Shown piece after piece: positions 27,451 through 37,606 of a stretch of 64,000 nucleotides of DNA (the stretch's first letter is position 1; each line of letters opens with the position of its first letter). The DNA is taken from IMG/VR virus record IMGVR_UViG_3300042350_003801. The stretch is one strand, 5' to 3'. The position numbers and the translations under genes are program-made. The DNA is from a virus. Lineage: Duplodnaviria > Caudoviricetes. Under the pieces are notes generated by a model. That model did no database searches. It had not been told where the DNA came from and saw only the letters and a program-made list of their open reading frames with translations.

Positions 27451-27882
27451 TTAGAACCTATAGTCCTGTCTTTTTTCGTGCTCGGGCACGTGGCGATCAA
27501 TAGAAATGGTTAGAAGACCGTTAACAAAAGTTACAGTTTCAACTTTCCAGGTTTCTGGCAAAACTCTTGCCCATTTAAAGTTGCGAAGAGCAACTCCTCT
27601 TTCAATGTATGTATCGGTTGATTTTTCATTCTTGGCTCCTTCCACGACAAGTTTTCCACTTTCAGTGTAGACTTGGATTTCCGAACTATTGAAACCGGCA
27701 AGTGCAATTTCTACTCTACGTCGGGTATCAGATTCTTGAACAATATTAACTGGAGGGTAATTTGTATATGTCCCGGAAAGAGATGTTACTCTATCAAAGA
27801 AAGTATCAAATCCGAGAGAGTATCGGTCAATATCATCAAAAAATTTTGATAGATTGGCAGTTGCATAGCGCGTGATTGTCAT
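27451..27882 (-). CDS. hsp20: small heat-shock protein Hsp20
   Basis: NYPPVNI..EIALAGF..RGVALR.F..F.NGLLTI. Confidence 0.93.
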   Translation of the reverse strand: MTITRYATANLSKFFDDIDRYSLGFDTFFDRVTSLSGTYTNYPPVNIVQESDTRRRVEIALAGFNSSEIQVYTESGKLVVEGAKNEKSTDTYIERGVALRNFKWARVLPETWKVETVTFVNGLLTISIDRHVPEHEKRQDYRF

Positions 27883-27987
27883 TTGTTTCTCCTTTTAAGC
27901 GAGTGTTTTAATTGCAAGACCCCTAAGGCATCGTGCTACGCTTATTTAGCAGAAAATGATTGAAAAATAAAGTGAGGAAAGCCGCAT

Positions 27988-28440
27988 TCACCCGTTCGGT
28001 GTTTCCACCTTTGAGGTCTTCTTCTTTCCACCAATAGTGTATTTTGAAACCAATTCGTAATCCTGACGTTCTTTATATGTAAGAACCTTAATAAGGCTCA
28101 GAGGAGCCATATCTTCAATTTGTTCTGGTCTTACAATATTGATTAGTCCCCAATCACTTAAAAGTTTTGCAATCCTATTACGTCTCCGAACATCATCTTC
28201 AGATAGAGTGCAATACTTACCATCAAGAGCAAATAGTTCTTTATATGAAATGATATAGTATTTTCCTGACTTATGAAGAATGTGAGCACTCTGGTATAGT
28301 TTCTTTTCGTGCTTACTTGAAATACCTACACGCTGTAGGGTTTCTTTAACAACTAGAAAAGTATCTGGTTCATCAAGTGTTACTTCAATCATCAGAGAGG
28401 GATTCCAATCAACGTATCCCTCTTTATTCAATTCACTCAT
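27988..28440 (-). CDS. regA: translational repressor RegA
   Basis: DTFLVVKETLQRVGI..LYQSAHILHKSGKYYI..KELFALDG. Confidence 0.93.
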   Translation of the reverse strand: MSELNKEGYVDWNPSLMIEVTLDEPDTFLVVKETLQRVGISSKHEKKLYQSAHILHKSGKYYIISYKELFALDGKYCTLSEDDVRRRNRIAKLLSDWGLINIVRPEQIEDMAPLSLIKVLTYKERQDYELVSKYTIGGKKKTSKVETPNG

Positions 28441-28829
28441 TTTCTCATTCCACCTTTATTCAATCTTTGTTTGATAAAATTTATCTCTTCTCTATTTAGA
28501 AGTCTTAGGGCTTCTAATGCCCGTTTATCATTGTAACCATAATATTCTTTAATGGCGGCTAGATTCTCTGCATCTTCTTTTTTAACCCAAGGAGTGTATC
28601 TCTTTTTCTTTCTCAAAGAATGTAGATAAAAGGCATATTGCATATCCTTAGAGATATAAGGATATTGATTCAGTTCATTGGCAAACAGAATCGTATCAAG
28701 ATGCCCAGCAACACACTTATTGACAATATAAGGAGTATAGGAAGAAATATTTTCAGGAATCTCCTCAATAAGATTCTCTTTCGAGAAATTGATTGAAGTT
28801 AGCCACTGTCCTAAATCCGGTGCAGTCAT
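28437..28829 (-). CDS. 62: clamp loader small subunit gp62
   Basis: YTPYIVN..FANELN..YYGYN..ALEAL. Confidence 0.9.
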   Translation of the reverse strand: MTAPDLGQWLTSINFSKENLIEEIPENISSYTPYIVNKCVAGHLDTILFANELNQYPYISKDMQYAFYLHSLRKKKRYTPWVKKEDAENLAAIKEYYGYNDKRALEALRLLNREEINFIKQRLNKGGMRK

Positions 28830-29081
28830 TTAACCTAGATCTTGTAAAAAACCCGTTTCAAGAAATGCCTCTTGTTCCATATCAACAATAGGTGTTGCAA
28901 ACTCAATAGGAGGATTTGCAGTTTCAAACGTTTCAGTGCATAGACCAAAAAGTTCAATAAGGGTTAGAGTATCTGTTACATCAATTGCCTTTAGGTCTTT
29001 TTCAATTACCCAGTCTTGAAATAGGTCAATCTCTTTCCAGGGGTCTTCGGAATAACCCCACGGTGGTTTAATGTCATTCAT
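28830..29081 (-). CDS. hypothetical protein
   Basis: ORF track. Confidence 0.5.
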   Translation of the reverse strand: MNDIKPPWGYSEDPWKEIDLFQDWVIEKDLKAIDVTDTLTLIELFGLCTETFETANPPIEFATPIVDMEQEAFLETGFLQDLG

Positions 29082-29347
29082 TATGCAGCTCCAGTTTTTA
29101 GAAATTCGGGTAGACCCTTATAAAGGCTATAGGCATACTGCCGTTGCTCTTCGGTTAGTGAATCTTGATGCAGTTCACTAAACTCCCCGGCGGGCTCTTC
29201 TCCTAAAAGGTCCATAACAATGTTTGGCTTCCAGTTGTCATATGCAAAAGGATTCTGCCAAGTTGAGTCTTCGGTTAGATTGTTATAAAAAACTGTTGCA
29301 AGTGTAGCCAGGTCGTCGGTTTGATTTCGGTTCATAATTAACTCCAT
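29081..29347 (-). CDS. hypothetical protein
   Basis: ORF track. Confidence 0.5.
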   Translation of the reverse strand: MELIMNRNQTDDLATLATVFYNNLTEDSTWQNPFAYDNWKPNIVMDLLGEEPAGEFSELHQDSLTEEQRQYAYSLYKGLPEFLKTGAA

Positions 29348-29368
29348 TCGATTTCATAGTAAAAAACT

Positions 29369-30565
29369 CTATTGATTTTCTAGACGCTTCACAGCAGATG
29401 CTAAATGGTGAAAATCACCGCTCAGTCTTAATTCCGCTCCACGCCCGTAATCGGCGTACTCCGCCGATGAAATTTCTTTATCGGTTAGGCTGCGCCAACC
29501 TTCCTTTAAGATATTGATAGAGGCATTTAAGTCTCTATCATGTTTTGAGCCGCAAGACGGACAAGTCCATTCCCGAATGTTTAGAGGCATCTTGTCTTCC
29601 TTGTAACCACAAGAACTACAAGTCTTACTAGAGGGAAAGAAGCGGTTAATCTTAACCAAGACTTTTCCATACCAGTTGCATTTATACTCTAACATAGAAA
29701 CAAAAGTAGACCAGGCTGCATCAGAAATAGACTTCGCCAGTTTGCGGTTTTTCAGCATTCCAGAAACATTAAGGTCTTCAAGAACTATTAAATCAAATGT
29801 GTTCACTAAAGCGGTAGACACATTATGAAGAAAATAAATTCTTGAATTGGTAATGAATTCGTGTACTTTAGCAACTTTTATTCGTTGCCGGTTGTAACGA
29901 TTACTACCTTTAGTCTTACGACTTAAATGTTTCTGTGCTTTTTTGAGTTTCGCTTGGTTCTTGCGAAACCACTTGGGGTTGTTGATAACTTGACCATTTG
30001 AAAGAATGAACAAGTCTTTAATGCCCAAATCAATACCTACTACTTTACCCGTAGAGGGTATTGGATTGAGTTCTTGCTTAATCAAGATAGAGACAAAATA
30101 TTTTCCGGTTGGTGTTTTAGAAACAGTAATGCTCCTGAAGTCTGCTTCTTCGGGAATTTCGCGGTCAATAACAACTTTAACCCAACCAATTTTTTCAAGT
30201 CTAACTAAAGAGTTTTTTTGGTCAAGTTTAAACCTTTGATTATTGAGTCTAAAAGACTGCCTATTTGATTTCTTCTTGTATCTGGGTCTTCCGAGTTTAA
30301 CCTTTCGTTTCTTGTTGAAAAACTGTTTCTTAAATTCAATAAAGTCATCTCTTTTTTGTTGAAGGGTAGAAGCAGAAACCTCTTTAAGAAACTCAAATTC
30401 AGGAGTGTCTTTAAGCGTCTTCTCGGTAATAACTTCCTTGGAGTTGTTATTGAAGTTTTCAACAAGTTTATTCCAAACAAACCTGCAACAGCCGAAAGTC
30501 TTTGCTAGTAGAATTTCTTGCTCTTCAGACGGATAAATCCGAAACTTGTATGCTTTTAAGTGCAT
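29369..30565 (-). mobile_element. tnpB: TnpB RNA-guided endonuclease (IS200/IS605 family), solo
   Basis: [12 protein letters not shown], RuvC GIDLG / VLEDL / DRDLNASIN, CxxC-CxxC zinc finger. Confidence 0.93.
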
Positions 30566-30684
30566 CCGCTCTGTTTATTGGTTGGCAATACTATTTAGTA
30601 AAGTTTTATTTTATAAGGGGAGAATTGCTCCTCCCCACCTGAAAAGCGCCAACCAACCAGGCATCTTTATTTAGTGAAGTTTTA
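30566..30684 (-). promoter_or_regulatory. double late promoter with complementary arms and an internal hairpin upstream of tnpB
   Basis: ACTAAATA at 30668-30675 and 30592-30599; arms 30647-30657/30577-30587; GGGGAG/CTCCCC hairpin 30617-30636. Confidence 0.65.
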
Positions 30685-30729
30685 ACAACAAAAAACATAA
30701 TGCACAATATAATTTTCAAGTAAGTTAAG

Positions 30730-31677
30730 TTAACCAGAAAACTCCAATTCATACATAATTTCAGTTACACAAGACATCATATTGATTTCTTGGTCTGCAA
30801 CTTTCGTTGCTAAATCCTGGTATTTTGCCAGAATCACAATACAAGGAGGAATCGTTGCTTTAACGATTTCTTCATTTTTCCATAACTCATCAAAGATTTT
30901 TCTGATTGTAATGGATGGGTCGTTATCAATGTTCTGAATAACCCATTTTCGCACATTAGCATAGTTCTTGCTCTTGATGTGCTGAAATAATTCAATAACT
31001 GAAACATCGGATGTTGTTCCAAGAATACCAACATCAATGATACCGTTTCTTGCATATCCCTGAAGTTCTAGAAGTGTTCTCCTAAAATCAGGATAATATT
31101 TACCAACATAAGATGCAACAACTTTTTTGTCAAACTCAATATTCTCAGTTTCTAAAATCGTGCAAACACTCTTAAAGAATCGGGCAAGAATCTTTTGTTT
31201 TTCGTCAGACGGAAATGTGAAGTCCTTATTAATACACCTTGAGCACAGGGCTTTGTCAATTCGGTTCTTGTAATTACAAGTGAAGATGAAGACACAATTT
31301 GATTGAAAGTCTTCAATAAATGCCCGAAGTGCAAGTTGTGCATCGTGAGTGAGATTGTCGGCCTCGTCAATCAGTAGAAACTTCTTCCCGGTTGATAAAA
31401 GAGAAATCGTAGAAGCATATGATTTAACTTTATTGCGAATCACATCAATGCTTCTTTCTTCACTTCCATTAATCTTTATGAAGTCTCTACCTAGTTCATC
31501 TGCAAGCGCAAGCGTTACTGATGTTTTTCCAGTTCCAGACGGGCCAGAAAGGAGAAGATTTGGGACATTTCCAGAATCCCTCAGTTCAATAAAGTATGAC
31601 TTTAATTGTTCAGGAAGAATACATTCATCTACTGTTTTTGGCCTATGTTTTTCAGTGAAGAGGAACTCATTGTTCAT
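30730..31677 (-). CDS. 44: clamp loader large subunit gp44
   Basis: EKHRPK, GPSGTGKT, IDEAD, YPDFRR. Confidence 0.95.
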   Translation of the reverse strand: MNNEFLFTEKHRPKTVDECILPEQLKSYFIELRDSGNVPNLLLSGPSGTGKTSVTLALADELGRDFIKINGSEERSIDVIRNKVKSYASTISLLSTGKKFLLIDEADNLTHDAQLALRAFIEDFQSNCVFIFTCNYKNRIDKALCSRCINKDFTFPSDEKQKILARFFKSVCTILETENIEFDKKVVASYVGKYYPDFRRTLLELQGYARNGIIDVGILGTTSDVSVIELFQHIKSKNYANVRKWVIQNIDNDPSITIRKIFDELWKNEEIVKATIPPCIVILAKYQDLATKVADQEINMMSCVTEIMYELEFSG

Positions 31678-31693
31678 TATATAAATTGCGGGG

Positions 31694-32251
31694 TTAATCA
31701 AATAGTTCAACGTCTTCAATAAAGAATTTAAGGTCTTCTTCTGTCATAGAGACATCATTCTCCACCTTAACTTTAGGTCCAATAAAATCATTGATTCGTT
31801 GAATTCTTGTTTCAATGTCTTTTACATCAAGATTATGAAGTTCATAATTTCCGGTGAAGTCAAACAGTGGAACAAAGGTTAGAGAATCACCCCGTTCAAA
31901 GAGTTTGTGCATACCCATTAGTTCGTAAGTGGCAGCCCCGGCGGCGGCAACGACACGCCGATCGGAGGCGGCATACCCGGCGGCATACCAGGCGGCATTC
32001 CCGGCGGCAGCCCCGGCGGCATACCTGGCGGCATTCCCGGCGGCATTCCTGGCGGCATAGTAGGTGGCATAGTCGGGGGCATCATAACGGCGGGCAACTT
32101 CATCCCATTGGTTCTCGGTAAGACCATCCATAAACCACCAGAAGTTAAGGACGGTTTCGTAGTTTGGTCCTAGAAAATTCTGTGGATTTTTTAGGGCTTC
32201 AGGGTTTTGAAGTTCGTTGGAGAAGTTTTGATGTGCTTTGGAGTAGTTCAT
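31694..32251 (-). CDS. hypothetical protein with Ala-rich repeat
   Basis: [30 protein letters not shown]; locally GC-rich. Confidence 0.6.
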   Translation of the reverse strand: MNYSKAHQNFSNELQNPEALKNPQNFLGPNYETVLNFWWFMDGLTENQWDEVARRYDAPDYATYYAARNAAGNAARYAAGAAAGNAAWYAAGYAASDRRVVAAAGAATYELMGMHKLFERGDSLTFVPLFDFTGNYELHNLDVKDIETRIQRINDFIGPKVKVENDVSMTEEDLKFFIEDVELFD

Positions 32252-32940
32252 AAGTCGTTAAAAGAACTGTCAGGTTCTAGGGCAATAACATATTCAAGTT
32301 CTTGGTTTGCATTGCTGAACTTGGAAGCAAATCTACCGCCAGGAAAACGGGCGATATCCAGTTGATAAGAGCCAGGAAGAATCATAATGTTCTTCTCTAC
32401 GAAGTTAAGAGCGAACTCATTTTCAGTTGTTCCTAGAGTAATGTTGTAACTCTTTGATGTTGTTTCTTCTTTATTGTGAACAACAAGTTCTACTTGCCCT
32501 TCTGCACCAACAAGAGAAAGGTCAGTAAGAAAGTACATACTTGCAGCCTTACGAACACGTTCAATAACATCAGAATCAAGATTTACACTGAGAACAATAT
32601 CTTCAAAAGGAAAGTCTTGAGTAGGAATGTTAAGATTCTTAGTCAGTGAAAACAGGTCAGCATAATAAAACTTCATCTTAGTGTGTCCTTGGCTGACGAG
32701 AATATAATGTTCATCTGAAAAATCTACATCGGCGTCTTTATGGAGCGAGAAAATATTCAAAAATTGACGCAGTTCATAAATCGGAATATCACGGGGAAAT
32801 GTTTCGGCAACAGTAGTCTTGGCAAAAACATTACGCTCAGAGTTAATAGTTCGGATAACATTTCCAGGTGAAATAACAATAGAGTTATTAATTGTCGAAA
32901 AGTTTTTCAATAGTTCAATAGTTTCAGGAGAAAGTCTCAT
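32248..32940 (-). CDS. 45: sliding clamp gp45
   Basis: LS.ETI.LLKNFSTIN.S, IYEL..FL, Y.IALE. Confidence 0.93.
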   Translation of the reverse strand: MRLSPETIELLKNFSTINNSIVISPGNVIRTINSERNVFAKTTVAETFPRDIPIYELRQFLNIFSLHKDADVDFSDEHYILVSQGHTKMKFYYADLFSLTKNLNIPTQDFPFEDIVLSVNLDSDVIERVRKAASMYFLTDLSLVGAEGQVELVVHNKEETTSKSYNITLGTTENEFALNFVEKNIMILPGSYQLDIARFPGGRFASKFSNANQELEYVIALEPDSSFNDL

Positions 32941-33238
32941 ATTGTTCAGTAGTAGGTTTATCGTGATTTGAGAAATGAAATAGAAAGATGCCGAAATGAA
33001 TAATCTTTAGACAATCAGCCTTAGAAAGTCCGTTCTTCTTTCCATATCTGCTTGCATATTTGATAATGCTAGAGCGCGAAAATGGAATACCATCTCCAAT
33101 CGCTGAAATCAGGTCCATTGCCTGAACTCCATTTTCTCCAACATAATGAGCACCATATGTGCCAATTAAATATTCTTCAATCTGATTGAGGATTTCACCC
33201 TCGTTATATTTCCAAAAGTGCTGGTTTTTATCTGTCAT
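32924..33238 (-). CDS. conserved hypothetical protein
   Basis: WKYNEG..TY..HY..KYASRYGKKNG..D.LKIIH. Confidence 0.7.
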   Translation of the reverse strand: MTDKNQHFWKYNEGEILNQIEEYLIGTYGAHYVGENGVQAMDLISAIGDGIPFSRSSIIKYASRYGKKNGLSKADCLKIIHFGIFLFHFSNHDKPTTEQYETFS

Positions 33239-33306
33239 AAGTTTTCTTCCTTGAATAGTAATGTATCACTAAAAACACATTAGCGGTGCTTATGTGTGCC
33301 AGTTCG

Positions 33307-35028
33307 TCAAGTGGCACGGGCAATGCGGCTGAAGTTACCCTGCTTCTCAAATTCAATAACGTGCTCAAACTTTTCTGTCACTCCTTCTCGATGAGAAATA
33401 ATGAACGTATTAGTATCAGTAAAGACATACTTGATAATTTTAATGAATTCTTCCATACCAGATTCATCAAGTGAACTGTCTAAAATCTCATCAAAGATGA
33501 GCAGATTTGTATTAGTTGAGTTCTTGATTTTTACAAGTTCTCTAAACGTCCAAAGAATGCTAAGATTAATTCGTTGTTTCTGTCCTTCTGAGAATGAACT
33601 ATAAGAAAAATTATCATATAAAGGCGAGTTAATTGTTTCATTGAACTCTTCATCAAAGTTGAAGTTGATGAACATATCCATCGTATTGAGATACTTGTTA
33701 ATCAGCTGATTGATTACTGGTAGATACTTCCGAATAATTCTAGTCTTAACTCCGCCATCTTTAAGAAGACCACTCATATACTCATAATACTGCAGTGAAT
33801 CCTTCTTCTTAATAAAGTCAGATTGAATTTGCAGTAAATCGGTCTCAAGTTGAGATAGCTTTTCATTTTCGCTATTGCGATTTTGAATACTTTCTTGAAT
33901 GGATTCAATCTCCTGATTCAATTCAGAAATCTGCTTTTGAGCATGAGTGATTTGAATATTATGAGACTGAATCCTCTGATTAAGTTGTATAATTTGTTGA
34001 GATAGTTTTGTGAAAGTTCCTTGTTTTTCATCTTCTTTTTCAATTGCATCAGTTAGTTCTTTAAATGCAACAGTTAATTCCTCTGATGATTTTTGATACT
34101 CCCCGATTTTGGAGTGTTTGAAACCTTCGTCAATTTCTTGAGTGCAAGTTGGACAAACTGAATTTTCGGTAAAGAACTTAAGGTCTTTATTAATTGTTCC
34201 AATTCTCTGGGATAGTTTACCCTTTAAGGTTCCAAGTTTCTTAAGTTTTTCTCCAGACGAAGAAACATCAACGATTGTTTGGTTAAGTTCTTCTACTTTC
34301 TCTTCAATCTTTGTGTTATTTTCTAGGGTTTTATCAATGAAGTTTGTTAACTCTTCAATTCGTGATTGCTTTTCGTTGATTCTGTTGTTGCCTTCTTTTT
34401 CAATCCCTTCAATGAAACTTCTTTGCATTACTGCTTTTTCGTGAAGATGAGTCTCTGAAACGTTTAGTTGCTTCAGTTCATCTTTGATTGTCTTTAGTTT
34501 ATCTTTAAGAATAACATTCATTGAAGAGAAGATACGAATATCTAACAAGTCTTCAATAATTTCCCGTCTTGATGCAAGGGGCAATTGCATAAATGGCACA
34601 TAGTTACTGCTACCAAGAATAACAATTTGAATGAACGTCTTATAGTTCATCTTTAGAACATTTTGCTCAAACCACTTTTGTTGATCTACGGCAGAGGCAT
34701 CTTGCTCAATTAATTGCCCATTTCTATACAGTTCAAAAATATTTGGTTTAAGACCTCTTCTCACCATCCATTGCGTTTGGTTTGCTGAAAACTCTAGTTC
34801 AACTACACAGTCTTTTTCATTAATTGAGTTAATCAGTTGTGGAAGATTAACTGGTCTATATGCTTTCTTGAATAGGGCAAATGTAATAGATTCAATAACC
34901 GTTGACTTTGAACTTCCGTTTTTACCAATAAGAAGTGTTGTTGGGTTTTTATTCAGTTCAATCTCAACAAAATTATTACCAACGGAAAGGAGGTTCTTAT
35001 AGCGTACTTTCTCTAAGGTTATCATCAA
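33307..35028 (-). CDS. 46: SbcC-like recombination nuclease ATPase gp46
   Basis: GKNGSSKS, FSEGQKQRI, IFDE. Confidence 0.95.
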   Translation of the reverse strand: MMITLEKVRYKNLLSVGNNFVEIELNKNPTTLLIGKNGSSKSTVIESITFALFKKAYRPVNLPQLINSINEKDCVVELEFSANQTQWMVRRGLKPNIFELYRNGQLIEQDASAVDQQKWFEQNVLKMNYKTFIQIVILGSSNYVPFMQLPLASRREIIEDLLDIRIFSSMNVILKDKLKTIKDELKQLNVSETHLHEKAVMQRSFIEGIEKEGNNRINEKQSRIEELTNFIDKTLENNTKIEEKVEELNQTIVDVSSSGEKLKKLGTLKGKLSQRIGTINKDLKFFTENSVCPTCTQEIDEGFKHSKIGEYQKSSEELTVAFKELTDAIEKEDEKQGTFTKLSQQIIQLNQRIQSHNIQITHAQKQISELNQEIESIQESIQNRNSENEKLSQLETDLLQIQSDFIKKKDSLQYYEYMSGLLKDGGVKTRIIRKYLPVINQLINKYLNTMDMFINFNFDEEFNETINSPLYDNFSYSSFSEGQKQRINLSILWTFRELVKIKNSTNTNLLIFDEILDSSLDESGMEEFIKIIKYVFTDTNTFIISHREGVTEKFEHVIEFEKQGNFSRIARAT

Positions 35029-35284
35029 AAATCACAGGAGGGACAACAATATCGTCTGGTCTAATAATCGTATATTTTGTATTTGTTAATTCACAAGTTA
35101 TAAGAAGTTGCTTATCTTCATATTCAAAAATTTCAGTTTTAGGGTATCCACTTTCTTCAAGTTGCATTGCGAATCTTGAAACATCATCCTCTTCTTGAAA
35201 CAAATAGATTACCTTTTCTCCTTTTTCATTGATAACGGAAAAGGCACCTTTTTCTTCAGAACCTTTCATTGAAATTAAAAACAT
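34997..35284 (-). CDS. conserved hypothetical protein
   Basis: Between gp47 and gp46; DDIVVPP C-terminus. Confidence 0.65.
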   Translation of the reverse strand: MFLISMKGSEEKGAFSVINEKGEKVIYLFQEEDDVSRFAMQLEESGYPKTEIFEYEDKQLLITCELTNTKYTIIRPDDIVVPPVIFDDNLRESTL

Positions 35285-36330
35285 TAGACTAACTCACAAG
35301 CTTCTTTATGTATTTCGGAGAGAATAAGTTTGAGTTTTTCTTTATTTAAATCAATTTCACTTTCCTCAACGAATCGTTGAATTAATGTAAAGGTATCCTC
35401 ATTCTCTAAAGAAACATCAAACTCTTGTTCTACTTCTTGAGAATAGTTCTCAATAATTTTTAGGTCTGCAACTCCAACTGAATAGAAACTAGTAATAAAC
35501 TGGTCAAATAAAACATTATCGGATTTCTTTCTTACGATGACTTTAATGATTTTACCGGCATAAGAATCAAAGTCAAAATCTTCAATATCAGTATCTTCGT
35601 AATAAACGTAATCAAACAGCGAGTAAGGATTGTTTACATATGCGTGTTTAAGGGTTTCAGTATCAAAAACAACAAATCCTCTCTGGTCTCCTGCATCATT
35701 GAAGAACATTTCATAAGGGTTTCCGATATAGTAGACTGTTCCGTTATCTGAGCGAGTATGATAATGTCCAGTAAACACCTTTTTAAATCTTGAGAAAATA
35801 TCTGGGTCTCGTCCATCTTCCATTGCGGTTCCACGATTGACATAGAATCCGTTAAGTTCAAGATGGCCCATTACAACTTTTGCCTTAGTTGTCTCAATAA
35901 GTTTTAGCGTTTCCGCCTCGTTTTCTTGATTAATCCAAGGAACAAAAAGAACCGGGAGTTTATCAAGATTTACAATAGTCGGAGACGAGTAAGTTTGAAT
36001 GTTTGGATATTGATTGAGAAGTAGTTCAGGTGTATTAATCCTGTTTGTATTGCGGTAATAAGACGTATGATTTCCAACAATTGTATGAACCCGGCAGTTT
36101 AGGGCTTCTAGCCTATCATAAAAGTTAGTCTTTGCCCATTCAACAGTTGTAAGATCCAAGGTCTTTCGGTTATCAAATGTATCCCCCATATCAACAATGG
36201 TTGTGATATTGTTCTCTTCAATGAAGGGAAAGAACACATCATTATAGAACTTCAAGAAGTAATCGTGAAAGACTGTTGATTGTCTTTTGAATCCGAAGTG
36301 AGAATCAGAGAAGATAATGACACGGCTCAT
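35284..36330 (-). CDS. 47: SbcD-like recombination nuclease gp47
   Basis: SDSHFG, GDTFD, GNH, GHYH metallophosphoesterase motifs. Confidence 0.95.
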   Translation of the reverse strand: MSRVIIFSDSHFGFKRQSTVFHDYFLKFYNDVFFPFIEENNITTIVDMGDTFDNRKTLDLTTVEWAKTNFYDRLEALNCRVHTIVGNHTSYYRNTNRINTPELLLNQYPNIQTYSSPTIVNLDKLPVLFVPWINQENEAETLKLIETTKAKVVMGHLELNGFYVNRGTAMEDGRDPDIFSRFKKVFTGHYHTRSDNGTVYYIGNPYEMFFNDAGDQRGFVVFDTETLKHAYVNNPYSLFDYVYYEDTDIEDFDFDSYAGKIIKVIVRKKSDNVLFDQFITSFYSVGVADLKIIENYSQEVEQEFDVSLENEDTFTLIQRFVEESEIDLNKEKLKLILSEIHKEACELV

Positions 36331-36830
36331 CAGTAACGCATCCTTGAATGAACTGCATCTTTAATGCTATTGTAATCAGAATAGTTTGAATTATCTGAAT
36401 TACCATTGTCTTCAGTGAAGACCTGTTCGTAACCATTTCTTTCAAGTAATCTATCATACAGTTCTAGATTTCTTTTCTCTTGCTTGATTCTACGAACAAA
36501 TGCCCAGTAACAAATTTGTGTAAAATATGCAAATGGATTTTTGGTTACGTCTGGATTGAAGTTTAGAACATACTTTACACAATCAGTATAGCCATCTGAA
36601 ATCATTGAGTCTTTACTTGGGTAGTTCACGAAGTTTGGCTTGAAACTCAAGTGAGTAGCAATCTTCAGGAAACATTCACCAATATAGTTTGGAATACGAG
36701 GCTTTGGTCGGTTTTCACTTTCTGCTTCCCTAACTTGATCTTTGTATATAATCAGGGCATCATAGAAGTCGGAATTATTAACATAATGTACGACTCTCTT
36801 CTTTTTTCTCATTACTGATGTAGTAATCAT
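36330..36830 (-). CDS. 55: late sigma factor gp55
   Basis: HYVNN, NYIGECFLKIA.HLS.KPNF, NPFAYFTQI..AF.RRI..EK. Confidence 0.95.
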   Translation of the reverse strand: MITTSVMRKKKRVVHYVNNSDFYDALIIYKDQVREAESENRPKPRIPNYIGECFLKIATHLSFKPNFVNYPSKDSMISDGYTDCVKYVLNFNPDVTKNPFAYFTQICYWAFVRRIKQEKRNLELYDRLLERNGYEQVFTEDNGNSDNSNYSDYNSIKDAVHSRMRY

Positions 36831-37030
36831 TCATTCCTCTTTCGTTTTCTAATATTTTCAAGTAGTTCTTCTAGAGCGCGATTTTGTTCTCTCAATTTCT
36901 CGGTTTCTTCTCTTATCTTGATTTCTTCTTCTCTTAATCGTTTTGTTTCTTCTCTTAGCCTGATTTCTTCTTCTCTTAACGATAACGTCTTTTCTCTAAG
37001 AGCCCGTATGATTCTATTTGATTCAAACAT
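36827..37030 (-). CDS. small coiled-coil protein with LREE repeats
   Basis: ORF track; stop overlaps the gp55 start. Confidence 0.55.
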   Translation of the reverse strand: MFESNRIIRALREKTLSLREEEIRLREETKRLREEEIKIREETEKLREQNRALEELLENIRKRKRNE

Positions 37031-37068
37031 TTATCCGTCTTTTTATCTCATAGGAGACTAGCATACTA

Positions 37069-37205
37069 TCTTGATTTTGTCAAGCCCCCTATGGTATTGT
37101 CAGCATTTACTCACGTAGTATTTCTACCTATTGACAAACTCTTTAAAGTCTGCTACGCTCCGCTTTGTCAAAAGTGATAAACCAGTAGTATTCAATAATA
37201 TTAAA
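37069..37205 (-). repeat. 137-bp multi-TTGACA promoter block, copy 1
   Basis: Near-identical inverted copy at 40333-40470. Confidence 0.9.
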
Positions 37206-37219
37206 GAGTATTAAAGTCA

Positions 37220-37606
37220 TCAAGAACCATTGAAGATTCGTTCAAGTTTGTTCTTTGCCTCAGATACAGTGCCAACGTAACCCATAGTTGAACTAATCTT
37301 CTCCTCGTTATATCGGGTGTTCTCACGAGAAGCAACATATTTATTGTGCATTTTAATAAGTTCAGCATCCTCTAATTCGGACATAGTAAGAACATCCTCT
37401 TTATTAATAACGAAAATACCTTCATTACCAATCTTAATCCAAGGTTCTACTGAATATGCAGGACCACGTTTGGACTTAACAAATGAAATAGTAACAGGAT
37501 GGTATAAAAGGATAACTTCCTTACCATTTTCTTCTGTTGGACTTACTTGAGCAAAGAATTCTTCACCATTCTTTAACTTTACAACTGCATAAAATTCTTC
37601 TTCCAT
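37220..37606 (-). CDS. conserved hypothetical protein
   Basis: FYAVVKLKNGEE.FA. Confidence 0.7.
   Translation of the reverse strand: MEEEFYAVVKLKNGEEFFAQVSPTEENGKEVILLYHPVTISFVKSKRGPAYSVEPWIKIGNEGIFVINKEDVLTMSELEDAELIKMHNKYVASRENTRYNEEKISSTMGYVGTVSEAKNKLERIFNGS

Noticed and set aside
29348-30730. Complete IS200/IS605 transposon
   Set aside because: No tnpA and no convincing subterminal left-end hairpin; the upstream region is phage-type promoter sequence
31867-32127. Pro-rich (PPGM)n and His/Arg-rich ORFs
   Set aside because: Alternative-frame and antisense readings of the Ala-repeat gene
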